This document shows positions 27,614-37,103 of a DNA stretch of 64,000 bases, piece by piece. Under the pieces are notes generated by a model. It was not told the origin of the DNA. It saw only the letters and a program-made list of their open reading frames with translations, and ran no database searches. Every line of letters starts with the position of its first letter. Position 1 is the first letter of the stretch. The translations under genes were made by a program, and so were the position numbers. The stretch is from an uncultured Acidobacteriota bacterium (GTDB lineage: Bacteria; Acidobacteriota; UBA6911), in contig CAWHCF010000050.1 of assembly GCA_963827655.1 (NCBI GenBank), positions 64,001 through 128,000 on the forward strand. The letters are read 5' to 3'.

Positions 27614-27635
27614 TCTCACCGAAATCTCACCGAAA
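27614..27635 (+). promoter_or_regulatory. Tandem 11-bp direct repeat TCTCACCGAAA x2
   Basis: Perfect tandem repeat with one-helical-turn spacing, upstream of the 27800 CDS. Confidence 0.4.
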
Positions 27636-27799
27636 TTGAACCTCTGGTTTCGGGGAGCGCTGCTACTATCCCCTCGCTATGACTGGAAAGTATGGCTGGT
27701 TGTTATTCTCTGGATCCCCCTTCATATCAAACCGTTTTTCAGCGGTCCTCCGAGGGAGTGCCATCGTGAGGGGCTGCTGCGTAAAGAGAGGACAGTATT

Positions 27800-29110
27800 A
27801 TGGCCGAACGAATTGTCGAGGCCGCGTTTTCAAATGGTGTCGACGCTGCGACGTTTTTTTTGACCGATCACTATGTGATCTTCGATTACGTACAGAATCG
27901 TGTCAGGGATGGCGTTCACCCGCTAACTTCCTTTCCTGTCGGCACAGCGTCCGGCTTTCCGGCCTCCTTCGCCCCCGCGGGGCCTTCCACCAGCTTTGAT
28001 GCAGCCTTGCGAGGCAAGGGGCCCTACGCGAATATTGCGTACTTTTTTCGCGGGCCGGATTACATGCGGCTGCGAACATCGCCGCCGCAGGCATTCGATC
28101 CGTCTGTTTCCGGATCCATTGGCCTGTGGAACCTCCCTCCGCCCTTTTCCACCGTCGATGCCGCATTCAATGGCGCATTGAACCGCGAACCGTACGGTTA
28201 CTTCTTCAAGCGCAACCAATATGTCCGGTACGTCTGGGACAGGTCGGCCGCGGATACAAACTACCCAAAACAGATCAGCAACCTGGTGGGCATGCCGGCG
28301 TCCTTCGCCAGCGGGATCGATGCTGCCGTGGATGGGGCGGGCCCGTTGGCGCATATGGGATATCTGTTCAAGAATGAAAGCTTCATCAGGTTCCGGTGGG
28401 TGGCGTCGGGCGAACCGCATGTTGAGGGCCCTATCGATCGAATTCACGGCAAATGGCCGGGCCTTGCAGAATTGCTGTTGGCAGGAAAGGCGAAGTCACA
28501 TGGGCTTGAGTGGCTGCGTGTCGCCAGGGCTCGGCTGTCGGCGCTTTCGAGCGGCTCGCTGTCACCCAACGACCTGGCCGTGGTGACGGCGGCGCTGGCG
28601 ACTCACTTTCACATTACGCCGTTGGATGCGGGGAACCTGGCCGTCGTATCCAACATGTTCGCATCGATCGAGGCCACCCTCCGCGCCAGCTCCCGGATAT
28701 TCCGTTTTCGGACCGACGACGAAGCCAGAGTCGATTTTGCGCCTAAACCCCTCCCTGCCGACGGACCGGCCGCCGCCTACACATTCCCGATGCCCCCAAG
28801 CCCTGCTCCGCGCATCAATATCACAAGTAACTTCAAGGGACGTAGCGAGCGGAATCGTGTGTCGTCGGTCATTCACGAGGCGATGCACGTCAACGACCCA
28901 ACGACGAATGACCCGGCCAGGCACATCCAGGAATGGTACGTGTCGCCTGCGCTTGCGCCAGCTTTCGGGCTGGACGTTGCCGAGAACGACCCGGATATGG
29001 CGACCCGTTACGATCTGATGCCTGCTTCGGATGCGGTTCACAATCCGGCGAGCTATGCAACCTTTGCCCGCCACGTATTCTTCGGGCACGACAATCGAGA
29101 GATGCCGTGA
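27800..29110 (+). CDS. Hemopexin-repeat protein fused to an M35/aspzincin-like metallopeptidase
   Basis: Four DAA...YFF(K/R)...Y.R repeats, then IHEAMH and HNPASYATFA; no signal peptide. Confidence 0.75.
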   Translation: MAERIVEAAFSNGVDAATFFLTDHYVIFDYVQNRVRDGVHPLTSFPVGTASGFPASFAPAGPSTSFDAALRGKGPYANIAYFFRGPDYMRLRTSPPQAFDPSVSGSIGLWNLPPPFSTVDAAFNGALNREPYGYFFKRNQYVRYVWDRSAADTNYPKQISNLVGMPASFASGIDAAVDGAGPLAHMGYLFKNESFIRFRWVASGEPHVEGPIDRIHGKWPGLAELLLAGKAKSHGLEWLRVARARLSALSSGSLSPNDLAVVTAALATHFHITPLDAGNLAVVSNMFASIEATLRASSRIFRFRTDDEARVDFAPKPLPADGPAAAYTFPMPPSPAPRINITSNFKGRSERNRVSSVIHEAMHVNDPTTNDPARHIQEWYVSPALAPAFGLDVAENDPDMATRYDLMPASDAVHNPASYATFARHVFFGHDNREMP

Positions 29111-29117
29111 ACCTTGC

Positions 29118-29190
29118 TTTCTTCGTGTCTTTGAGTCTTCGTGGTTAGAGCTGTCTAACAACTACCACGAAGACTCAAAGACACGAAGAT
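29118..29190. repeat. Nonamer-periodic inverted repeat
   Basis: TCTTCGTGTCTTTGAGTCTTCGTGGT...ACCACGAAGACTCAAAGACACGAAGA: perfect 26-bp arms. Confidence 0.85.
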
Positions 29191-29317
29191 CACCAGGAAA
29201 TATCGATGAGGACGTTTGACAAATGAAGAATGACCGATGGAAAATGACAAAATCGTAAGAAACGTGCCTTGAAGTTGTAATACGCATCCGGGATGGTCTG
29301 CGTCGAAAGGAGCGATC

Positions 29318-32300
29318 ATGAAAAAACTCGCTTTGCTGGCAGTCGTTGTGGCTGCAATCCCTCTTGTGCGCGCGCAGTCCTTCACCGGCGCGATCCTCGG
29401 GACCATCAAGGACCCGTCCGGGGCCGTCATGCCCGGCGTCACCGTGAGCATCACCAACGTTGCGACCAACGTGCGCAGCGAAGTGCTTTCGGACGACCAG
29501 GGCGTCTTCATCGCCCCCGAGCTTCCGCCCGGACGCTACACGCTCGAAGCGACCCTGCCCGGCTTCAAGCGCGCCGTACGCGAGGGGATTGTGCTGCAAG
29601 TCCAGCAGCGGGCGCAGGTCGATATCGTGATGGCCGTCGGCGAGGTCTCGGAGTCCATCGAGGTCACCGCCGACGCGCAGCTCACCGAAACGACGACGTC
29701 GTCGCTCGGGAAGATCGTTGACAACCGGCGCATCCTCAACCTGCCGCTCAATACGCGCAACGTCTATTCGCTGATCTTCCTGACCCCGGGTGTCACCGGA
29801 AGCGTCGGCAATCAGTACAACAGCATGAGCTACGCGGTCAACGGGGCGCGCGCCACCATGATGGACACTCTCATCGACGGCGTCACGGCGTCCTTTCCGA
29901 CGGTCAACGGATTCACCGGAATCTCGGTCTTCCCGTCGGTCGACGCCATCGATGAATACAAGGTCATGGGCGCAAACTACTCGGCCGAGTTCGGCCGCAG
30001 CCTGGGGAGCGTGCTCAACGTCATCTACAAGTCGGGAACCAACCAGTTTCACGGCAGCGCGTACGAGTTCCTCCGCAACTCGGTCTTCGATGCGAACAAC
30101 TTTTTCAGCAACCGCCGGGGCGAGGAACTGGGCAGTTTCAAGCGCAGCCAGTTCGGCGCGACCGCGAGCGGGCCGATCCGCCGTGACCGGACCTTCTTCA
30201 TGGCTTCGTACGAAGGGTTGCGGGAGCTGAGCGCGGCGACCACGACCTTCACGGTGCCGACGGCGCTCCAGCGCCAGGGGGATTTCAGTCAGACCTTCGC
30301 CGCGAACGGTCAGCTCATCCGGATCTTCGACCCCTTCTCGACCCGGTCCAACCCCGGCGGCAGCGGCTTCATTCGCGACCAGTTCGCCGGCAACGTGATC
30401 CCGTCGAACCTCTTTGATCCGGTCGCACTCAACGTTCTTAAATATTTCCCGCTCCCGAACCAGGCCGGTGACCCGGTTACCCAGGCGAACAACTACTCGC
30501 GCAGCGGGTCCCAGCAGATCGACATCGATCAGTTCGACGTGCGCCTGGACGAGAATCTCTCGAGCGCGCGGAAACTTTACGGGCGTTACTCCTACCGTCT
30601 GACCAAAGACGCGCCGGCGATCTTCTTCCCGGACGAGCTCACGATCGCCGAAGGACGCGTGATCCAGGAGAATCACGTCCACAACATCGTCGCCGACTAC
30701 ACGCAGACGCTCTCGCCCAAAACGATCCTGACCACGCGTCTGGGATTCGCGCGCACGCTTTTTGTGTTCAACAACCAGGGGCTCGGCTTCAAGCCGTCAA
30801 GCCTGGGGCTGCCGCAGGCCATTGACGCTGTCGTCGACCGGCAGATGTTTCCCCGCTTCGGCGCGAGCGGGTACACCAATCTCGGCGGAAACGACCACCG
30901 GTACAGCGGCTTCATGAGCTACAGCGCCCTGGCCGGGCTCACCAAGGTTTTCGGCAAACACACGCTGAAGTTCGGATTCGACGGCCGGATGCTCCGCGTC
31001 AACGTCTGGGAGGCGCGCAGCGCGGGCACGTTCAACTTCTCGGCTCTCTTTACCCAGGGACCCAATCCAAGCCAGGCGTCTGCCACGGCGGGAAACTCGA
31101 TCGCGTCGCTCCTTCTCGGCACGGGAAACCCGAATGACGTCCTGATCCAGGCGTGGAAGAACGTCGCTGCGCAGAGCTTCTACCTGGCCGAATACATCCA
31201 GGACGACTGGCGCGTGACGCCTCGACTCACGCTCAACCTCGGTCTGCGTTACGACCTCGACACGCCGCGCACCGAACGCTTTAACCGCGTCAACTACTTC
31301 GACCCGAGCGCGCCATCGCCGCTGGCGCAGGTCGTGCCCGGCTTTCCGGATCTGCGCGGAGGCGTGGTCTTCGCCGGAGTCGACGGCAATAGTCGCCACC
31401 AGTACATCTGGGACACGAACAACCTGGCGCCGCGTGTCGGGCTGGCGTACCAGATCACTCCCAAGACGGTAATCCGCGCGGGGTACGCGCATGTTTTTGG
31501 TCCCTCCAACCAGGGGGCCCAGGGGACAGTCGGGCCGTTCGGCTTCCGCGTCGAGTATCCCTGGGTGACGACGATCGACAACATCACGCCGCTGAATCTT
31601 CTGCGCAATCCCTATCCGCAGGGCTTCCGGGAGCCGCCCGGAGCGTCGGAGGGCCTGCTGACGCAGGCTGGCGCGAACCTGCAGGCGCCGCTGCGCGACA
31701 CCTGGACCCCCTGGACTCAGCAGTGGAACCTGAATATCCAGCGCGAACTGCCCGGACAGATCCTGCTCGAGGTGGCGTACGTCGGGACTAAGGGTCACCA
31801 GCTTGCGCGCTCGACCGAGGGAGGGCTCAGTCTCAATCAGCTCGACCCGAAGCACATGGCGCTCGGCTCGCAGCTCAACCAGCTCGTCCCCAATCCCTTC
31901 TTCGGGATCATCAACACCGGCGTCCTGAACCAATCGCAGGTGAGCCGCGCCCAGCTTCTGCGTCCTTATCCCCAGTTCACCGACATCATCCCGCTCTATC
32001 ATGGCGGGGCCATCTCGAATTACAACTCGATGCAAGTCACGGTATCGAAGCGGCTGTCACACGGGCTTCAGTTCGACAGTTCCTACACCTGGGCCAAAAA
32101 CCTGGATGAAGGGAATAACCATCAAGACAGCTACGACATCGCAAACGACTGGTCGCTGACCGACATCGATCTGGCGCACCGGTTCGTCATGAGCTACATC
32201 TACGAGCTGCCTTTCGGACGCAACCGGCACTTCGGCCAGGGCTGGTCCCCCTGGCTCAACGCAATTGCCGGAGGGTGGCAGTTCAACGGGATCACGGTAT

Positions 32301-32722
32301 TCCAGAGCGGGACCACGCTGGCGCTGTCGGCGAGCAACACGGCCGGGATTTTCAACCCCTTGACCCGCCCGAACAACAACGGCCGCAGCGGGAAGCTGGA
32401 CGGCCCGGTCGATGAGCGCCTGGATGCTTATTTCGACAAGTCGGTCTACAGCCCGCCACCCGCCTTTACTTTCGGGAATGTCAGCATGAGGCTCCCGGAC
32501 ATCCGCAACGACGGCGTGCGCAATTTCGACCTGTCGATCTTCAAGGAGTTCCGGGTGGCCGAGAGGGTGAACGTGCAGTTCCGGACCGAGATGCTGAACG
32601 CGTTCAACACCCCGCGCTTCGGCTCGCCGAACACGACCGTCACTGCGGGTGCGTTCGGCGTGATCAGCTCGCAGGCCAATGCGCCCCGTCAGGTTCAGTT
32701 CGGGCTCAAGATCCTGTGGTAG
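29318..32722 (+). CDS. TonB-dependent receptor, acidobacterial Oar-like
   Basis: Signal peptide, [55 protein letters not shown]. Confidence 0.93.
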   Translation: MKKLALLAVVVAAIPLVRAQSFTGAILGTIKDPSGAVMPGVTVSITNVATNVRSEVLSDDQGVFIAPELPPGRYTLEATLPGFKRAVREGIVLQVQQRAQVDIVMAVGEVSESIEVTADAQLTETTTSSLGKIVDNRRILNLPLNTRNVYSLIFLTPGVTGSVGNQYNSMSYAVNGARATMMDTLIDGVTASFPTVNGFTGISVFPSVDAIDEYKVMGANYSAEFGRSLGSVLNVIYKSGTNQFHGSAYEFLRNSVFDANNFFSNRRGEELGSFKRSQFGATASGPIRRDRTFFMASYEGLRELSAATTTFTVPTALQRQGDFSQTFAANGQLIRIFDPFSTRSNPGGSGFIRDQFAGNVIPSNLFDPVALNVLKYFPLPNQAGDPVTQANNYSRSGSQQIDIDQFDVRLDENLSSARKLYGRYSYRLTKDAPAIFFPDELTIAEGRVIQENHVHNIVADYTQTLSPKTILTTRLGFARTLFVFNNQGLGFKPSSLGLPQAIDAVVDRQMFPRFGASGYTNLGGNDHRYSGFMSYSALAGLTKVFGKHTLKFGFDGRMLRVNVWEARSAGTFNFSALFTQGPNPSQASATAGNSIASLLLGTGNPNDVLIQAWKNVAAQSFYLAEYIQDDWRVTPRLTLNLGLRYDLDTPRTERFNRVNYFDPSAPSPLAQVVPGFPDLRGGVVFAGVDGNSRHQYIWDTNNLAPRVGLAYQITPKTVIRAGYAHVFGPSNQGAQGTVGPFGFRVEYPWVTTIDNITPLNLLRNPYPQGFREPPGASEGLLTQAGANLQAPLRDTWTPWTQQWNLNIQRELPGQILLEVAYVGTKGHQLARSTEGGLSLNQLDPKHMALGSQLNQLVPNPFFGIINTGVLNQSQVSRAQLLRPYPQFTDIIPLYHGGAISNYNSMQVTVSKRLSHGLQFDSSYTWAKNLDEGNNHQDSYDIANDWSLTDIDLAHRFVMSYIYELPFGRNRHFGQGWSPWLNAIAGGWQFNGITVFQSGTTLALSASNTAGIFNPLTRPNNNGRSGKLDGPVDERLDAYFDKSVYSPPPAFTFGNVSMRLPDIRNDGVRNFDLSIFKEFRVAERVNVQFRTEMLNAFNTPRFGSPNTTVTAGAFGVISSQANAPRQVQFGLKILW

Positions 32723-32784
32723 GCCTTCGCCCGTATTCCAAGGACGCGCGCCCGCTAAACGGCCAAACTCCGTACCCCGCCCTC

Positions 32785-33010
32785 AGAAGATGTGAAAGAG
32801 TTGGTCTGTGGGCGGGATGACAATGTTGCAAAACCCGCCCGGTTCATGTGCGGACGGGCTATCAAGCCCGTCCGGCCCCCTAGCGGCATTCTCAGTGGCC
32901 CGGAATCGAGCGACCGCTCGCCTACACCCGAGGCCAAGCCGGAAGCTGCTGAGCCACATTTCCAGGGTAGAGCTGAAAACTTCAACGGATCTCATATGCG
33001 CGCCACAGAC
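32785..33010 (+). mobile_element. Degenerate MITE copy (~32819-32993) nested in a REP pair behind an outer TIR-like end
   Basis: TGTTGCAAAACCCGCCCGGTTCATGTGCGGACGGGCTATCAAGCCCGTCC and TGAGCCACA..CCAGGG are shared with the 36723 and 60449 copies. Flanked by GTCTGTGGGCG/CGCCACAGAC and preceded by AGAAGATGTGAAA. Confidence 0.6.
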
Positions 33011-33171
33011 GCAATTATTTCTCCGCCTCCGGACGTGCGTAAGCTTGCTAAGCTTGCTCCGCGCCCGCATGCCTTCAGCTGACTTCCTGCGCGGTAGCGA
33101 AGCATCCGGAACAGGCTGACCACGAGCGAGCACGAAGAGCACGAATGAAATTCACGCAAAAGGATGAACTC

Positions 33172-34083
33172 ATGCGATCACTGGTGGGGAAAGTTGCTCT
33201 CGTCGCGGGCGGCACGCGCGGAGCGGGACGCGGAATCGCGGTCGAACTGGGTGCGGCAGGCGCGACGGTCTATGTGACCGGGCGCACCACCCGAAGCCAG
33301 ATGTCCGAGTATGGCCGCCCCGAGACCATCGAGGAGACCGCGGCGCTGGTCACCGGAATCGGCGGTGAAGGGGTGGCGATTCGCGTCGATCATCTTGTCC
33401 CGAACGAGGTCGAAGCGCTAGTCGCCCGAATTCGAAGCGAACGCGGAAGGCTCGATATTCTGGTAAATGACATCTGGGGTGGCGAACATTTGTTCGAGTG
33501 GAACAAGGCAGTCTGGGAGCACAATCTGGAAAACGGGTTGCGATTGGTGAGACTTGCTGTCGACACGCATCTCATTACTGCACACCACGCTCTTCCACTC
33601 ATGATCGCGAAGCCTGGCGGCCTCCTGGTCGAGGTAACCGATGGCACGGCGGAGTATAACGAGGACCACTACCGCCTGTCGGTGTTCTATGATCTTGCGA
33701 AGGTGGCCGCCATCCGGATGGCATGGGCGCACGCCAAGGATCTTGCGCCCTATGGAGCCTCAGCGGTTTCCATAACCCCGGGGTGGATGCGCTCTGAGAT
33801 GATGCTCGACAACTATGGCGTTACCGAAGAGAACTGGCGCGACGCCACTGCCAAATCGCCGCACTTTGTGATTTCTGAATCGCCGCGTTTCGTTGGACGC
33901 GCTGTCGTCGCTCTCGCCGCCGATCCGGAGCGAGCCCGCTGGACAGGAGAATCGCTTTCAAGCGGTGGGCTGGCGAAGGTCTATGGCTTCACGGATCTCG
34001 ACGGATCGCAACCGGACTGCTGGCGCTATATTCGAGAGGTTCAGGACGCCGGCAAACCGGCAGATGCGACCGGGTACCGATGA
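33172..34083 (+). CDS. Short-chain dehydrogenase/reductase
   Basis: VAGGTRGAGRG, LVNDIWGG, YDLAK, PGWMRSEMM. Confidence 0.9.
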   Translation: MRSLVGKVALVAGGTRGAGRGIAVELGAAGATVYVTGRTTRSQMSEYGRPETIEETAALVTGIGGEGVAIRVDHLVPNEVEALVARIRSERGRLDILVNDIWGGEHLFEWNKAVWEHNLENGLRLVRLAVDTHLITAHHALPLMIAKPGGLLVEVTDGTAEYNEDHYRLSVFYDLAKVAAIRMAWAHAKDLAPYGASAVSITPGWMRSEMMLDNYGVTEENWRDATAKSPHFVISESPRFVGRAVVALAADPERARWTGESLSSGGLAKVYGFTDLDGSQPDCWRYIREVQDAGKPADATGYR

Positions 34084-34242
34084 GTCGTCCGGGAGTAAGA
34101 GTCCACGCCGCGCCCGGCAATGCGGTAAACGCGTGACGTTATTTCCTGCCCGAGCAAATTTACCGTAACGCCAGATTGATTCGATATTGATACGAACTCC
34201 AGCCATAGGCTAAGCTGCGCGCACACTTCGAGGGAAAGTCTG

Positions 34243-35913
34243 ATGACCGCGAGCGAGCCCATTACCGGTATCTTCGTTTCGGTGCTCTCCCTCTATCTGG
34301 GTGGGCTCGCGATCCTGACCTGGGTTTCTTATCGCAAGACCGATTCCGTCAAGGAATTCCTCGCAATGGGCGGGACTGCCGGAAGCATCCTGACAGGCTT
34401 CGCCTATTTCGCGACCCAGTTCAGCATGAGCTCTCTCGTTGGCGTGCCCGGGACGCTCTACTTCGTCGGCTTCGCCGGTCTGGGCATCATCCTGCCGATC
34501 GCGATGCTCAGCATGGCCTTCGGCACATTCGTCGGCGGTCGGCGGCTCAACGCGCTCTCGCACTCGCTCGAGCTGTGGACGCTGCCGGATTATCTCGCGT
34601 CGCGATTCAACAGCAACGCCATCAGGCTGCTGGCGGCGCTGATGATCATCGTGTTCCTGATTCCGTACATTGCGGCTCAGCTCGTGGGCGCCGGCGTGAT
34701 TTTCAATGTCTTCACCGGTGGCTCGTATTCGCTCGGCGTAGTGATCATGGGGACGGTCGTGGTTGCCTACTGCATGCTCGGCGGGATGCGGGCCGCGGTT
34801 CTGACCGACGCTCTGCAGGCAGTGCTGATGATCGCGGCCGCAATCATGACCTTCGCCGCGACGATGGCCCGGGGCGGGGGGATCGAGCAGGTCACGGGCC
34901 GGCTGGCGGCCGTGAATCCCGGTGCGCTGTCGTTTCCGGGCGCGCCCCATGCGCTGCTCGACTGGCGCGGCTACGTGAGCCAGATCCTCATGTGGACTCT
35001 GTTCTCGCTGGGTCAGCCGCAGCTCGTCAACAAGTTCTTCGTCGCGCGCAGCTATAACGCGCTTGTGGGGGCCTCATTGCTTTCGGGTGTGGCGATGACC
35101 CTGACCTGCGTTACGATCTGGAGCGCCGGGGCAATGGCGGCCGTGGTGGTTCCCGGAATCAGCGAGCCGGACTGGGTGGTGCCGACGCTGCTGCGCGCCA
35201 CGACCGGGCCCGTGGTGGCCAGCACCGTCCAGGCTGGAATCCTGGCCGCCGGAATGTCGACCATCGATTCGATCCTGCTGATGATCGGCGCCGCATTCTC
35301 GCGCGACCTCTACGGCAAGGTGCTTCGCCCCGGCGCCGATGACCGCACCGTGCTGCGCGTGTCGCGCAATGCGACGCTGGTTGCGGGCCTGGTCGCGCTC
35401 GCGCTGGCGTTCGCACGCCCGGCGACGATCTTCCAGATGGTCCTCTTCGGCTGGTCGGGCACCGGCATCCTTGCCGTAGCCGTGGTCGCGGGGCTCTACT
35501 GGCGTCGCGCGACCGCTGCAGGCGCCAGCGCAGGCACGCTCGCGGGCGTCGTCGCGCTCCTGGCTGCAACCTTTGCGTTTCCCGGCTTGGCGCTGGGCTT
35601 TCATCCCATCGTGGTGGCCGCTGCCACCGGCTGCCTCGTGCTCGGCGGCGTAAGCCTCCTGACGCGGCCGGCGCCGGAATCCGTGCTCCAGCTACACTTC
35701 GCTCCCGGAGACCCGGGCGCACGCCGGCGTGACCGCCGGTACGCGCCGGTCTTCGCCGCCTGCTTTCTTGTTCCCTGGCTCCCGGTCCCGTTCGTCTTTC
35801 CGTGGAAGCGGTACCTCGCCGGGTGGTTCGGCGTGCCGGTGTTCGTCTGGGTCTGGCTGGGACTGCAGGTTGCTAGCGGCGCAGCGCTGGCACTCTATCG
35901 GCGCAAGGCATGA
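34243..35913 (+). CDS. Sodium:solute symporter (SSS, PanF/PutP-like) with a C-terminal two-helix extension
   Basis: Multiple TM helices; ATQFSMSSLVGVPG, GGMRAAVLTDALQ, AAGMSTIDS, GLYWRRAT. Confidence 0.9.
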   Translation: MTASEPITGIFVSVLSLYLGGLAILTWVSYRKTDSVKEFLAMGGTAGSILTGFAYFATQFSMSSLVGVPGTLYFVGFAGLGIILPIAMLSMAFGTFVGGRRLNALSHSLELWTLPDYLASRFNSNAIRLLAALMIIVFLIPYIAAQLVGAGVIFNVFTGGSYSLGVVIMGTVVVAYCMLGGMRAAVLTDALQAVLMIAAAIMTFAATMARGGGIEQVTGRLAAVNPGALSFPGAPHALLDWRGYVSQILMWTLFSLGQPQLVNKFFVARSYNALVGASLLSGVAMTLTCVTIWSAGAMAAVVVPGISEPDWVVPTLLRATTGPVVASTVQAGILAAGMSTIDSILLMIGAAFSRDLYGKVLRPGADDRTVLRVSRNATLVAGLVALALAFARPATIFQMVLFGWSGTGILAVAVVAGLYWRRATAAGASAGTLAGVVALLAATFAFPGLALGFHPIVVAAATGCLVLGGVSLLTRPAPESVLQLHFAPGDPGARRRDRRYAPVFAACFLVPWLPVPFVFPWKRYLAGWFGVPVFVWVWLGLQVASGAALALYRRKA

Positions 35914-36659
35914 TCATGTCGAGAACGGTCTTGATTACCGGTGGCGCCGGCGGGATCGGGTTGGCTGCGGCCCGGCGGTTCGCGGACGAAGGATCCCGCA
36001 TCGTTCTGGTCGATCTCGATGAGCGGGCGCTCGAGCGCGCCCGCTCGACTCTGGTCGGCGACGGCGGACGCGTCGACATCGTCGAGTGCGACGTTGCCGG
36101 ACATGCAGCCGTACAGGCGGCCGCGCGAGGCGTCCTGGACCGGTGCGGCGCCGTCGAGGTGCTCGTGAATAATGCCGGCATCTCGCAGCCGAAGGGTGTT
36201 CTGGAGCTGGAAGACGCCGAGTGGGATCGGACGCTCGCCATCAACCTCAAAGGGGCGTTCAACTGGTGCCGGGCCTTGCTTCCCGCGATGCTCGAGGCTG
36301 GGCGCGGGAAGATCGTCAACGTCGCATCGATGAGCGCCAAGATGGGAGGAGGCCCGGGCACGATCAGCCGCGCTTGCTACGCCGCGTCCAAGGCCGGCCT
36401 GCTGGGCTTCACGCGGGGACTTGCCCGCGAGGTCGCGCCCGCGGTCACGGTCAACGCCGTCTGCCCGGGCCTGATCGACACCTCGATGACCCGTGCCTTT
36501 ATTGCGCGGGCCGGCGATGAGATTGCGGCTGGAATCCCGCTTGGGCGACTCGGGACGCCCGATGACGTCGCCGGCGTTATCCAGTTCCTCGCTTCGCCTG
36601 CGGCCGCCTGGATCACCGGCGAAGTCGTGGACTGCAACGGCGGAACTTATATCGACTGA
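35910..36659 (+). CDS. SDR oxidoreductase, FabG-like
   Basis: TGGAGGIG, NNAG, YAASK, NAVCPGLIDT; ATGA overlap with the symporter. Confidence 0.92.
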   Translation: MIMSRTVLITGGAGGIGLAAARRFADEGSRIVLVDLDERALERARSTLVGDGGRVDIVECDVAGHAAVQAAARGVLDRCGAVEVLVNNAGISQPKGVLELEDAEWDRTLAINLKGAFNWCRALLPAMLEAGRGKIVNVASMSAKMGGGPGTISRACYAASKAGLLGFTRGLAREVAPAVTVNAVCPGLIDTSMTRAFIARAGDEIAAGIPLGRLGTPDDVAGVIQFLASPAAAWITGEVVDCNGGTYID

Positions 36660-36722
36660 GCGCGAGCGCTAGACGAGAGCGTTCGAGGAACCGTACCGAA
36701 TTTGGTGTTGCGCAGGTCATCA

Positions 36723-36912
36723 GAGACTGTTGCAAAACTCGCCCGGTTCATGTGCGGACGGGCTATCAAGCCCGTCCGGCTCCGAACTTTTTAAGGTTAA
36801 GGCATTCGCGATTCCGTATACTTGCGACGGGCCAATGCGACGCACTGTCTGCAAAGGGCTCAAGAGTGTCTGAGCCACACTACCAGGGGAATCTGAGTTT
36901 TGAGACAGTCTC
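36723..36912 (+). mobile_element. MITE, 190 bp, with TIRs and a 4-bp target duplication (ATCA)
   Basis: TIRs GAGACTGTTGCAAAACTC / GAGTTTTGAGACAGTCTC; ATCA at 36719-36722 and 36913-36916; no ORF. Confidence 0.85.
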
Positions 36913-37103
36913 ATCAGACCTGTGCGTCGAGCGCGCCGATGGCGCGGCACCTGCGTGTAAGGTTCAGCGCTTGCTACCACACTCCAAGAGGGATTTTATC
37001 CTTGACTGCAACGCGAACGTCATCCTATCTAGGAGCAACTTTCCAACACCAATGAGACGAGAAACCGTCTCGCTCAATCTCTTTGATGCGCGAGGTAAAC
37101 TGA

